From: an uncultured Myxococcaceae bacterium
Lineage (GTDB): Bacteria > Myxococcota > Myxococcia > Myxococcales > Myxococcaceae
Assembly (NCBI GenBank): GCA_964511185.1
Contig: CAZEDU010000001.1
Location: 1,741-65,740 of the forward strand
Length of the DNA: 64,000 nucleotides
Reading direction: 5' to 3'
The notes beneath the pieces were generated by a model. That model did not search any database. It was given only the letters and a program-made list of their open reading frames with translations, and was not told where the DNA came from. Shown here in pieces: positions 1 through 8,956 of this stretch. A program made the translations under genes and the position numbers. The number at the start of each line of letters is the position of its first letter. Position 1 is the stretch's first letter.

Positions 1-91
1 CGTGCCATCGGTCGCCGCGAGCGAGGTGAAGGAGCTGAACCACGAGCTCCAGCACGGCGCGCGCGCCACCGCCGCGGAGGCGCCGCAATGA
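1..91 (+). CDS. 3' end of an ORF entering from the window edge, probably ActC (membrane subunit of alternative complex III); partial
   Basis: The frame is open from the window edge to TGA at 89-91, and the stop overlaps the next ATG (ATGA 88-91). Identity is inferred only from its position before actD-actE-actF. Confidence 0.4.
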   Translation, partial: VPSVAASEVKELNHELQHGARATAAEAPQ

Positions 92-612
92 GCGCCTACG
101 TGCTCGGACAGTTCGCCCACGCCGACGCCTGGCTGAAGGCCGCGCGCCGGCTCACCGAGGCGAAGCTCGGCGAGGTGGACCTCCACTCGCCGTACCCGGT
201 GCACGGCGTGGAGGACGCGCTCGGCCTCAAGCGCTCGCCGGTGCCGTTCTTCGCGGGCCTGGCCGCGTTGCTCGGCGTGCTGAGCGGCTACGCGCTGCAG
301 TACTACGCCAACGTCTACGACTACCCGCTGAACGTCGGCGGCCGCCCGCAGCACTCGCCGCCCACCTTCATTCCCATCACCTTCGAGGTGGGCATCCTCT
401 TCACCGCGCTCACTCTCTTCGGAGTGCTGCTCTGGCGCATGCGGCTGCCGCGGCCGCACCACCCGGTGTTCGAGGTCGACGCCTTCCGCCGCGCGCTCAC
501 CCACGAGCTGTGGCTGTCGGTCGCGACCGAGCCGACCCGGCTCGACGAGGCGAAGCGGCTCCTCTCCGAGGCGGGCGCGGATCAGGTCTCGGTGGTGGAG
601 GTGACGCCGTGA
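88..612 (+). CDS. actD: Alternative complex III subunit ActD (DUF3341-type)
   Basis: 174-aa ORF with two central hydrophobic helices (FFAGLAALLGVLSGYAL; ITFEVGILFTALTLFGVLLW) and a soluble C-terminal half. It has 4-nt overlaps on both sides and is followed by ActE and ActF. Confidence 0.75.
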   Translation: MSAYVLGQFAHADAWLKAARRLTEAKLGEVDLHSPYPVHGVEDALGLKRSPVPFFAGLAALLGVLSGYALQYYANVYDYPLNVGGRPQHSPPTFIPITFEVGILFTALTLFGVLLWRMRLPRPHHPVFEVDAFRRALTHELWLSVATEPTRLDEAKRLLSEAGADQVSVVEVTP

Positions 613-1229
613 GGCGCTGCGCCGTCGCCTGGGCCGCGCTGCTCCTGGGCTGCCAATGCCAGGACCAGGCGCTGCACCGCATGCAGGACCAGCCCAAGGG
701 GCTCTGGTACGAGGCGAGCGAGGTGTTCGCCGACGGGCGGGTGATGCGGCCGCCGCCGCCCGACACCGTGTCGCGCCAGTGGGTCGCGCGCGGCGGGCTG
801 CTCCCCAACGGCCGCGCCGCGGGGCCCGACGCCGGCTACGTCGACCAGCTGCCGGTGCCCTGGTCGATGCCGCTGCTCCAGACCGGGCGCAAGCACTTCG
901 ACATCTATTGCGCCGCCTGCCACGGCCTCGACGGCAGCGGCCACAGCCTGGCCTCGGAGAACATGGCGATCCGGCGGCCACCTTCGCTCATCGCCCCGGC
1001 GGCGGACGGCGGCACCGAGGGGCGCGACCCCACGCGCTTCAGCTTGGGCTACCTCTACGAAGTGGTGGCCGACGGCTACGGCGTGATGCCGCCGTTCGGT
1101 CCGTTCCTCACCCCCGAGGAGCGCTGGGCGGTCGCGGCGTACGTGCGGGTGCTGCAGCGCAGCCAGAACGCCTCGCTCGACGCGGTGCCGCGCGAGGAGC
1201 GTCAGCGGCTCGAAGGAGGCGGCCGATGA
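609..1229 (+). CDS. actE: Alternative complex III subunit ActE, monohaem cytochrome c lipoprotein
   Basis: GTG 609 overlaps the actD stop (GTGA). There is a lipobox-like signal (AALLLGC) and a single CAACH haem c motif. The ORF-track start at 510 adds only Arg/Gly-rich sequence overlapping actD. Confidence 0.75.
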   Translation: MRRCAVAWAALLLGCQCQDQALHRMQDQPKGLWYEASEVFADGRVMRPPPPDTVSRQWVARGGLLPNGRAAGPDAGYVDQLPVPWSMPLLQTGRKHFDIYCAACHGLDGSGHSLASENMAIRRPPSLIAPAADGGTEGRDPTRFSLGYLYEVVADGYGVMPPFGPFLTPEERWAVAAYVRVLQRSQNASLDAVPREERQRLEGGGR

Positions 1230-2413
1230 ACGCGCCCCTCGAACGCTTCACCGGCGGCGCGCGGCTGATGCGGTTCAGCGCGGGGGCGGCGCTGCTCGGC
1301 CTGGGGCTCTGGGGCCTGGGGCTGTGGCGCGAGCCGGCGCGCGCGCTCTTCGCCTACCTGTTCTCGTTCGTGTTCTGGGTCTCGCTCGCGCTCGGGGCGC
1401 TCTTCCTGCTCGCCATCTTCCACGCGTCGAAGGCGCGCTGGCCGGTGGTGCTGCGGCGGATGATCGAGACCCTCGCGCTCGGGTTGATTCCGCTCGCCGT
1501 GCTCTTCGTGCCCATCGGCCTGGGGCTTCCGCACCTCTACAGCTGGGTGAACCCCGAGGCGCGCTTCAGCGGCCACGCGCTGCACCTCCTTCACGAGAAG
1601 CACGGCTACCTGAACGTGCCGGGCTTCCTCGCGCGCGCCGCCCTCTACTTCGCGGTGTGGATCGCCGTGGGCGTGCTCCTGCATCGGCTCTCCGCGCGGC
1701 AAGACGAGCACGGCGAGCTGATCGCCACCCAGCGCCAGCGGCGCCTCGGCGCGGGCGCGCTGCCTTTCCTGGCCATCACGCTGACCTTCGCCGCGTTCGA
1801 CTGGCTGATGTCGCTGCACCCCAACTGGTTCTCCACCCTCTTCGGCGTCTACTACTTCGCGGGCGCGTTCCTGGGCGCCGTCTCGGTGCTCACCTTGGTG
1901 ACGCTGCTCGCGCGCGGCCCGAACCTCTACAGCGCGCTCGTCACGCCGGCGCACTGGCACAACCTGGGGAAGTTCCAGCTCGCGTTCGTCTCGTTCTGGG
2001 CCTACATCGCGTTCTCGCAGTACATGCTCATCTGGATCGCCAACCTCCCCGAGGAGGTGGTCTGGTTCCTCGAGCGCACGCGCGGCGGGTGGCGGTCCTA
2101 CAGCGTCGCGCTGGTGGTGGTGCACTTCGTCATCCCCTTCATCGTCCTGCTCTCGCGGCGCGTGAAGCTGCGGGCGCGCGCGCTGGCGCTCATCTCGACG
2201 TGGCTGCTCGTCGTCCACGCGCTCGACCTCTACTGGCTGGTGCTGCCGACGCTCCACCCGGATGGGCCGCGCCCGTCGTGGATGGACCTGGCCGCCTTCA
2301 TCGGCGTCGGCGGCGTCTGCGTCGCCTTCTGCACCTGGCGCCTGCGCGGCCAGTACACCGCGCCCATTCGCGATCCGTTCCTCGCCGACTCCCTCCACTA
2401 CGTGCAGCCATGA
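1226..2413 (+). CDS. actF: Alternative complex III subunit ActF (polytopic membrane subunit)
   Basis: ATG 1226 overlaps the actE stop (ATGA). The product is about 395 aa with many hydrophobic helices (MNAPLERFTGG...), in the position and size of ActF. Confidence 0.7.
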   Translation: MNAPLERFTGGARLMRFSAGAALLGLGLWGLGLWREPARALFAYLFSFVFWVSLALGALFLLAIFHASKARWPVVLRRMIETLALGLIPLAVLFVPIGLGLPHLYSWVNPEARFSGHALHLLHEKHGYLNVPGFLARAALYFAVWIAVGVLLHRLSARQDEHGELIATQRQRRLGAGALPFLAITLTFAAFDWLMSLHPNWFSTLFGVYYFAGAFLGAVSVLTLVTLLARGPNLYSALVTPAHWHNLGKFQLAFVSFWAYIAFSQYMLIWIANLPEEVVWFLERTRGGWRSYSVALVVVHFVIPFIVLLSRRVKLRARALALISTWLLVVHALDLYWLVLPTLHPDGPRPSWMDLAAFIGVGGVCVAFCTWRLRGQYTAPIRDPFLADSLHYVQP

Positions 2414-2793
2414 GTCAGCTCACCGAGCGAGATCCCAACAACCTCGACGCGACCGGCCCCGTGGCGCGCGAGATTCCAGCGCGCGAGGTGCTCGCCGGCG
2501 GGCTGATGACGCTCGGCCTGTTCGCCTTCATCGTGCTCGCCACCGAGCTGCTCCTCCACCAGCCCATCAAGCCCGGGCCGCGCGACGTGACGCCGCGCCC
2601 GGCGAAGCTGGGACAGCCGGAGATCGGCATCGTCAACCAGGAGCTCTTCGAGCAAGACACGCGCGCCGAGCAGACCCGTCAGGCGCAGCGCCAGCGCCTG
2701 TCGACCTACGGCTGGGTGGACCGCGCGCGCGGCACCGTGCACGTGCCCATCGAGCGCGCGATGGAGCGCGCGGTGGAGGAGCTCGGCCCATGA
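2410..2793 (+). CDS. Uncharacterised 127-aa single-pass membrane protein between actF and sco1
   Basis: ATG 2410 overlaps the actF stop and its own stop overlaps the sco1 ATG (ATGA both times). It has one TM helix (LAGGLMTLGLFAFIVLATELLL) and a C-terminal YGWVDRARGTVHVPIERAMERAV segment. Confidence 0.6.
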   Translation: MSQLTERDPNNLDATGPVAREIPAREVLAGGLMTLGLFAFIVLATELLLHQPIKPGPRDVTPRPAKLGQPEIGIVNQELFEQDTRAEQTRQAQRQRLSTYGWVDRARGTVHVPIERAMERAVEELGP

Positions 2794-3572
2794 CCGCCTT
2801 CGTCCTCGCGCTCGCGCTCGCGTCGAGCCCCGCGCCTCCTCCTGAAGCCGTGCTGAACGACGTCGACGTGATTGAACAGCTCGGCGCCCAGGTCCCGGGC
2901 GGCCTCACCTTCGTGGGGCCGGAAGGGCCGGTGCGGCTCGACTCGCTCTACGGCCGCGACAAGCCCATCCTGCTGCTGCTCACCTACGGCCGCTGCCCGT
3001 CGCTGTGCGGGCTCACCCTCAACGGCCTGGTGGGCTCGCTCAAGCGCACCTTCCTCTCGCTCGAGAAGGACTACCTGGCGCTCACGGTGAGCCTCGACCC
3101 GCGCGAGACGCCCGAGAGCGCGGCGAAGCGCCAGCGCGGCCACCTGCAGGCGCTCGGCCGGCCGGAGGCCACCGCCGCTTGGCCTTTCTGGACCGGCACC
3201 CGCGAGCGCATCGACGCGCTCGCCGACGCGGTGGGCATTCGCTACGTCTACGACGCCCAGAGCGACCAGTACGCGCACCCGTCGGTCGTGGTGCTGCTCT
3301 CGCCGGAAGGCCGCGTCGTCCGCTACCTGTACGGCATCCAGCTCGATCCGCGCGACCTGAAGCTCGCGCTCCTCGAGGCGGGAGAGGGCCGCGTCGGCAC
3401 CACGCTCGACCGCGTGCTGTTGCGCTGCTACCGCTACGACCCGAAGGCGCGCGGTTACCTGCCGTTCGTGCGGGCCTACCTGCAAGTCGGTGGGCTCTTG
3501 GTGTTCGCCGCGCTGGCCGTGGCGCTGGGCGTGTTCTGGCGGCGGGAGCTGCGCAAGGAGCGCGCGCCATGA
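2790..3572 (+). CDS. SCO1/SenC-family copper chaperone (thioredoxin fold) with C-terminal TM anchor
   Basis: It has a CPSLC (CxxxC) motif, a downstream conserved His (QYAHPSVVVLLSPEG) and a C-terminal helix (VGGLLVFAALAVALGVF). It sits directly before coxB with ATGA overlaps. Confidence 0.8.
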   Translation: MTAFVLALALASSPAPPPEAVLNDVDVIEQLGAQVPGGLTFVGPEGPVRLDSLYGRDKPILLLLTYGRCPSLCGLTLNGLVGSLKRTFLSLEKDYLALTVSLDPRETPESAAKRQRGHLQALGRPEATAAWPFWTGTRERIDALADAVGIRYVYDAQSDQYAHPSVVVLLSPEGRVVRYLYGIQLDPRDLKLALLEAGEGRVGTTLDRVLLRCYRYDPKARGYLPFVRAYLQVGGLLVFAALAVALGVFWRRELRKERAP

Positions 3573-4618
3573 ACGAGCTGCTCCGCCGCGTCCTGTTTCT
3601 GCCCGAGCAGGCGAGCCACTTCGCGCGCGAGCTCGATGGCCTGCATTACTTCGTCATCATCACCACGATGATCGCGTCGACCGCCATCGGCCTGACCGCG
3701 CTCGGGCTGTTCGTGCGGTTCCGCCGGCGCGACCCGATGCAGTCCACGCCGCCCATCTACCCGCGCTGGTGGATCGAAGCGCTCTTCATCGGCGTGCCGC
3801 TCGTCTTCTTCGTCGGCTGGTTCGCCATCGGCTACCGGCAGTTCGCCGCGCTGCGCGCACCGCCGCCCGACGCGATGGACGTCTACGTGATGGGCAAGCA
3901 GTGGATGTGGAAGTTCAGCTACCCCGACGGGCCGAGCGCCGTCGACGTGCTGCGCGTGCCCGAAGGCCGGCCGGTGCGGCTGCTCATCACCTCGCGCGAC
4001 GTCATCCACTCCTTCTTCGTGCCCGAGTTCCGCATCAAGCAGGACGCGATCCCCGGCCGCTACACCGAGATCTGGTTCACCGCGACCAAGCCTGGCCGCT
4101 ACCAGGTGCTCTGCGCCGAGTACTGCGGCACCAACCACTCGATGATGCGCGGCGCGGTCGAGGTGATGGCCCCCGAGGCGTACGACGCCTGGTGGCAGAA
4201 GGTCCGCCAGGGGCTGGTCGCGGCGCAGGACAGCGCCCGCTCGTTCGAAGAGGACGAGGCGCGCACCGAAGGCCTCGTCGCGCAGGGCCTGCGCGCCGCG
4301 AACGTCCACGGCTGCCTCAAGTGCCACACGCTCGACGGCACCGCGCACATCGGGCCCAGCTTCCTGAACCTGTACCTGCGGCGCACCCCGCTGCAGGACG
4401 GCCGCACCATCGTGGCCGACGAGGCCTACCTCACCGAGTCGATGATGGATCCGCTCGCCAAGATGGTGCGCGGCTACCAGCCCGTGATGCCGAGCTTCCA
4501 AGGCAAGCTCGCCGGCCCCGAGGCCGCGGCGCTGGTCGAGCTGATCAAGTCGCTGCAGAGCACGGACGCCGTGCGCATTGGCCCTCAGGAGCCCTTGTAT
4601 GAACCCGTCCGCCGATAG
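3569..4618 (+). CDS. coxB: Cytochrome c oxidase subunit II with fused C-terminal cytochrome c domain (caa3-type)
   Basis: Two N-terminal TM helices, the CuA motif CAEYCGTNHSMM and a C-terminal CLKCH haem c motif. Confidence 0.9.
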   Translation: MNELLRRVLFLPEQASHFARELDGLHYFVIITTMIASTAIGLTALGLFVRFRRRDPMQSTPPIYPRWWIEALFIGVPLVFFVGWFAIGYRQFAALRAPPPDAMDVYVMGKQWMWKFSYPDGPSAVDVLRVPEGRPVRLLITSRDVIHSFFVPEFRIKQDAIPGRYTEIWFTATKPGRYQVLCAEYCGTNHSMMRGAVEVMAPEAYDAWWQKVRQGLVAAQDSARSFEEDEARTEGLVAQGLRAANVHGCLKCHTLDGTAHIGPSFLNLYLRRTPLQDGRTIVADEAYLTESMMDPLAKMVRGYQPVMPSFQGKLAGPEAAALVELIKSLQSTDAVRIGPQEPLYEPVRR

Positions 4619-6221
4619 CCCGACGCACGCGAGCTACTTGACGGACGGCACCACCGTCCGGTCCTGGCTCCTCACCATCGACCACAAGCGCATCGGGCTC
4701 ATGTACCTGGTGCTGGTGGTGCTGTTCTTCTTCGTCGGCGGCCTGTTCGCGATGCTCTTGCGGCTCGAGCTCTTGACGCCCGGGCCCACCCTCATGAGCG
4801 CCAACGCCTACAACCGGGCGTTCACGCTGCACGGGGTGATCATGATCTTCCTGTTCATGATCCCCGCCATCCCCGCCGCCTTCGGCAACTTCATGCTGCC
4901 GCTGATGCTCGGGGCGAAGGACCTGGCCTTCCCCAAGCTCAACCTGCTCTCGGTCTACCTGTACCTGGCGGGGGCGCTGCTCGCCATCTGGGCGATGATT
5001 CACGGCGGCACCGACACCGGCTGGACCTTCTACACGCCCTACAGCGTGGTGACGCCGACGCGCGTCGCGCCCGTGCTGCTCGGGGCGTTCATCATCGGCT
5101 TCTCGAGCATCCTCACCGGGCTCAACTTCATCGTGACCATTCACACCTTGCGCGCGCCCGGGCTGCGCTTCATGCAGCTGCCGCTCTTCGTCTGGTCGCT
5201 CTACGGCACCAGCATCATTCAGCTGCTCGCCACGCCCGTGCTCGGGCTGGTGCTGCTGCTCATCGCGGTCGAGCACGTCTTCGGCTTCGGCCTGTTCGAC
5301 CCCGCGCGCGGCGGCGACCCGCTCCTGATGCAGCACCTGTTCTGGTTCTACTCGCACCCCGCCGTCTACATCATGGTGCTGCCCGCGATGGGGGTGGTGA
5401 GCGAGGTCATCTCCTGCTTCGCGCGCCGCCTCGTCTTCGGCTACCGCCTGGTCGCGCTCTCCAGCATCGGCATCGCCGTGGTCGGCTTCTTCGTCTGGGG
5501 ACACCACATGTTCGTCGCCGGCCAGTCGACCTTCAACGCCGGGGCGTTCGGCGTGCTGTCGATGTTCGTCGGCGTGTTCACCGCCATCAAGGTCTTCAAC
5601 TGGACCGCCACGCTCTACAAAGGCGCGGTGCGCTTCAGCACGCCGTTCGCTTACGTCTGCGGCTTCCTCTTCTTCCTCGTCTTCGGCGGCATGACCGGCG
5701 TCGCCGTCGCCACCGTGTCGCTCGACGTCCACTGGCACGACACCTACTTCGTCGTGGCGCACTTCCACTTCATCATGGTCGGCGCCGTGCTGATGGCGTT
5801 CCTCGCCGGGCTGCACTACTGGTTCCCGAAGATGTTCGGCCGCTGCTACCCCGAAGGCTGGGGCTTGGTGTCGGCGGTGTTGATCATCCTGGGGTTCAAC
5901 GCCACCTTCATTCCGCAGTTCCTGCTCGGCAACTTCGGCATGCCGCGGCGCTACTACTCGTACCCCGACCACTTCCAGGCGCTGAACGTCGCGTCGACCG
6001 CGGGCGCCTCGCTGCTCGCGTTCGGCTTCGTCCTCATCGCCATCTACCTCGCGCTGTCGCTGCGGTACGGGAAGGTCTCGGGCCCCAACCCGTTCCTGAG
6101 CGCCGGATACGAGTGGCAGACGTCGTCGCCGCCGCCCACCCACAACTTCGAACGACCGCCCGCGTTCGACCGGCCGCCGCACGACTACGGGGAGATGTCG
6201 GAGGTGGCCCATGCGCGCTGA
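4599..6221 (+). CDS. coxA: Cytochrome c oxidase subunit I
   Basis: Typical subunit I sequence (TIDHKRIGLMYL, WFYSHPAVYIMVLPAMG, HHMF, HFHFIM). Start taken at ATG 4599; ATG 4578 is also possible. Confidence 0.95.
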   Translation: MNPSADSPTHASYLTDGTTVRSWLLTIDHKRIGLMYLVLVVLFFFVGGLFAMLLRLELLTPGPTLMSANAYNRAFTLHGVIMIFLFMIPAIPAAFGNFMLPLMLGAKDLAFPKLNLLSVYLYLAGALLAIWAMIHGGTDTGWTFYTPYSVVTPTRVAPVLLGAFIIGFSSILTGLNFIVTIHTLRAPGLRFMQLPLFVWSLYGTSIIQLLATPVLGLVLLLIAVEHVFGFGLFDPARGGDPLLMQHLFWFYSHPAVYIMVLPAMGVVSEVISCFARRLVFGYRLVALSSIGIAVVGFFVWGHHMFVAGQSTFNAGAFGVLSMFVGVFTAIKVFNWTATLYKGAVRFSTPFAYVCGFLFFLVFGGMTGVAVATVSLDVHWHDTYFVVAHFHFIMVGAVLMAFLAGLHYWFPKMFGRCYPEGWGLVSAVLIILGFNATFIPQFLLGNFGMPRRYYSYPDHFQALNVASTAGASLLAFGFVLIAIYLALSLRYGKVSGPNPFLSAGYEWQTSSPPPTHNFERPPAFDRPPHDYGEMSEVAHAR

Positions 6222-6843
6222 CGCACCGCTGGCGCATCACTTCGACTCGCTCGAGACACAACAGACCGCCGCCCGGTTCGGCATGTGGCTGTTCCTGACG
6301 ACGGAAATCTTGCTCTTCGCGGGCCTCTTCGTCGCCTACGGCCTGTACCGCTACTTCTTCCCCGCCACGTTCATCGAAGGCAGCCACCACCTGCACACCG
6401 CCTATGGCGCGGTGAACACCGTGGTGCTGATCACCTCCAGCCTCACCGTGGCGATGGCCGTGCACTACGCGCGCACCGACCGCCCGCGGCTGACCGCGTG
6501 GATGCTCCTCTTGTCCATCGCCATGGGCTTCGCGTTCTTGGGCATCAAGGCCGTCGAGTACGGGCACCACATCCACGACGGCGCGCTGCCCGGGCCGTTC
6601 TTCCACCTCGAAGGCTTCCAAGCCCCGTACGGCGGCCTCTTCTTCTCGCTGTACTTCCTCGCGACCGGGCTGCACGCCATCCACGTCGTCATCGGCATGA
6701 GCATCCTCGCGTGGGCCGCGTGGCGCGCGTGGAAGGGCTCCTACTCGAGCGCGTACTACACGCCCATCGAGCTCTCCGGCATGTACTGGCACCTGGTCGA
6801 CCTGGTTTGGATTTACCTCTTCCCGCTCTTGTATTTGGCCTGA
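6211..6843 (+). CDS. coxC: Cytochrome c oxidase subunit III
   Basis: HHFDSLETQQTAARFGMWLFLTTEILLFAGLF and a C-terminal YWHLVDLVWIYLFPLLYL. The start overlaps the coxA stop by 11 nt. Confidence 0.9.
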   Translation: MRADAPLAHHFDSLETQQTAARFGMWLFLTTEILLFAGLFVAYGLYRYFFPATFIEGSHHLHTAYGAVNTVVLITSSLTVAMAVHYARTDRPRLTAWMLLLSIAMGFAFLGIKAVEYGHHIHDGALPGPFFHLEGFQAPYGGLFFSLYFLATGLHAIHVVIGMSILAWAAWRAWKGSYSSAYYTPIELSGMYWHLVDLVWIYLFPLLYLA

Positions 6844-6851
6844 GGAGAGAC

Positions 6852-7193
6852 ATGGCGCGCGAGGAACACGAGAGCCACTCCGCCGTGCCCTACGTCATCG
6901 TGTGGGCGCTGCTGTTGGTGTTGACCGCCGCGACGTACCTCTTGGCCAAGGCGCCGATCGGCGCGTGGCACATGCCCGTGGCCCTCACCATCGCGACGAC
7001 CAAAGCCGCGCTGGTGGTGCTCATCTTCATGCACCTCAAAGACCACTCGGTGGCCAACCGCATGGTGTTCGGGCTGAGCCTGGTGTTCGTCGTGCTGCTG
7101 CTCGGGTTGACGCTGTCCGACGGGATGACGCGCGTGCGTTGGACCAACCCGCCCGGCGCCGTCGGCAACCCGCTGGAAGCCGAGGCGGAGTGA
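6852..7193 (+). CDS. Small cytochrome oxidase subunit IV (prokaryotic COX4-like)
   Basis: 113 aa with three hydrophobic helices and a TKAALVVLIFMHLK motif, in the position after coxC. Confidence 0.7.
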   Translation: MAREEHESHSAVPYVIVWALLLVLTAATYLLAKAPIGAWHMPVALTIATTKAALVVLIFMHLKDHSVANRMVFGLSLVFVVLLLGLTLSDGMTRVRWTNPPGAVGNPLEAEAE

Positions 7194-7269
7194 GCGCGAA
7201 GCGCACGGGCTGAATGCCGCGCGGCAAGGCCCTGAAACGGAAAGCGGAAGATCTTCATCGGCCGTCCGA

Positions 7270-7355
7270 ACGAAAGCCCCTCAGCCGTGCCGAGCCACGA
7301 ACGGGGGGACTGACAGCCATTCGCCAACCTTGAAGCGTCTGACGTGTCCTGCCAC
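7270..7355 (-). repeat. Copy A of a dispersed intergenic repeat; the 26-nt core at 7330-7355 is the exact reverse complement of 27214-27239
   Basis: TTGAAGCGTCTGACGTGTCCTGCCAC here equals the reverse complement of GTGGCAGGACACGTCAGACGCTTCAA at 27214-27239. The flank on one side is still alignable (CCCCCGT..CTCGGCAC.GCTG..GGGC). It lies 3' of manB in sense orientation. Confidence 0.6.
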
Positions 7356-7491
7356 GTCGATTGCTTCAAAGTCGCCGTTTTCCAGCACAGCGCGCCGTGC
7401 GGCGGCCGCGTCTTGGCAGATGCTCGAACCATCCGGGCGTCAACCGGCCCGAGATCAGTCAGCACCTGCCCTTTGGGCGAAACACGGCGAG

Positions 7492-8859
7492 CTACGCGCC
7501 CAGCTCCTTCTTCACCCGGTCGACCGTCCCCTCGATGAGCGCCTGAATCTCCTTCAGCCGCTCCTGCGTCTTCGCCTCGAAGCGCAGCACCAGAATCGGC
7601 TGCGTGTTCGACGCGCGGATCAACCCCCAACCGTCCGGGAAGGTGACGCGCACGCCGTCGACGTCGATCAGCTTGTGGCCCGCCTGGCGCAGGTGCTCGG
7701 TGGCGCGCTGGACCAGCTCGAACTTCTTCTCTTCCTTCGTGTCCACGCGCAGCTCGGGCGAGGCGAAGGTCTTCGGCACGTCGGACAGCAGGTCCGACAG
7801 CTTCTTCGGCTCGTGGGTGAGAATCTCGAGCAGCCGGGCCGATGAATAAATCGCGTCGTCGAACCCGAAGTAACGGTTCTTGAAGAAGATGTGGCCGCTC
7901 ATCTCGCCTGCGAGCTCGGCGTGCTCCTCCTTCATCTTCGCCTTGATCAGCGAGTGGCCCGCCTTCCACATCACCGGCTTGCCGCCCTTGGCGGCGATGT
8001 CGTCGTAGAGCGTGTACGAGCACTTCACCTCGCCGACGATCGCCGCGCCGGGCGAGTCCTTCAGCACGTAGCGAGAGAAGAGGATCATCAGCTGATCTCC
8101 CCACAGCACGTTGCCCTTGTCGTCGATGACGCCGATGCGGTCCGAGTCGCCGTCGTACGCGATGCCGACCTCCGCGCGCTCCTTCTTCACCGCGGCGATC
8201 AAATCCTCCAGGTTCTCCATCACCGTCGGATCCGGGTGGTGGTTGGGGAACGTGGCGTCCATCTCGCAGAACAGCGGCACCACGTCGAAGCCCATCGACT
8301 GGAACAGCGGCACCGCCACCGCGCCACCCGTGCCATTGCCGGCGTCGATGACGATGCGCATGCCCTTCCTTCCCACCTTCACCGTCTGGCGGATGAAGTG
8401 GTTGTAAGGGGTGATGATGTCGAACTCGGTGACCTTGCCCGTCGGGCCTTTGTCGAAATCACCCGCTTCAATCATCTTCCGCAGCGCCTGAATCTCGTGG
8501 CCGTGGAAGGTGGTCTTGCCCACGCCCGTCTTGAAGCCGTTGTACTCGGGTGGGTTGTGGCTGCCGGTGATCATCGCCAGGCCATCGACCGGCAGCGTGT
8601 TCGCGGCGAAGTAGGTGAGCGGCGTCGGCACCACGCCGATGTCGATGGCGTTCAAGCCGGTCGAGGTGATTCCCTCGATGAGCGCGTGGCGAAAGCGCGT
8701 CGAGCTCTCGCGGCAGTCGCGACCGACCACGATGGTCTTCCCGCCCGCGCGCCTCACCGTCGTGCCCAAGCCCTTGCCGAGCTTCAAGACCACGTCGGCC
8801 GTGAGGTCTTTGTCGACCAAACCTCGAATGTCGTACTCGCGGAAGATGTGCGGGTTCAT
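7492..8859 (-). CDS. manB: Phosphomannomutase/phosphoglucomutase
   Basis: MNPHIFREYDIRGLV..., the active-site TGSHNPPEYNGFK and full-length alpha-D-phosphohexomutase architecture. Confidence 0.9.
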   Translation of the reverse strand: MNPHIFREYDIRGLVDKDLTADVVLKLGKGLGTTVRRAGGKTIVVGRDCRESSTRFRHALIEGITSTGLNAIDIGVVPTPLTYFAANTLPVDGLAMITGSHNPPEYNGFKTGVGKTTFHGHEIQALRKMIEAGDFDKGPTGKVTEFDIITPYNHFIRQTVKVGRKGMRIVIDAGNGTGGAVAVPLFQSMGFDVVPLFCEMDATFPNHHPDPTVMENLEDLIAAVKKERAEVGIAYDGDSDRIGVIDDKGNVLWGDQLMILFSRYVLKDSPGAAIVGEVKCSYTLYDDIAAKGGKPVMWKAGHSLIKAKMKEEHAELAGEMSGHIFFKNRYFGFDDAIYSSARLLEILTHEPKKLSDLLSDVPKTFASPELRVDTKEEKKFELVQRATEHLRQAGHKLIDVDGVRVTFPDGWGLIRASNTQPILVLRFEAKTQERLKEIQALIEGTVDRVKKELGA

Positions 8860-8956
8860 CGCGTCGCTCCGAAGGGGGACCTACGGCCGCGGGGCTTAGC
8901 ACGCACCTTCCCTGTTGAGGAGTGGCCAGGCTCGAGATGTCTTGGGCCGACGCTGC

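Noticed and set aside
4545-6212. 555-aa minus-strand ORF antisense to coxA
   Set aside because: Its composition is Arg/Glu/Gly/Asp/His-rich with no domain pattern, while the plus-strand frame encodes an unmistakable oxidase subunit I. This is a typical shadow ORF in very GC-rich DNA.
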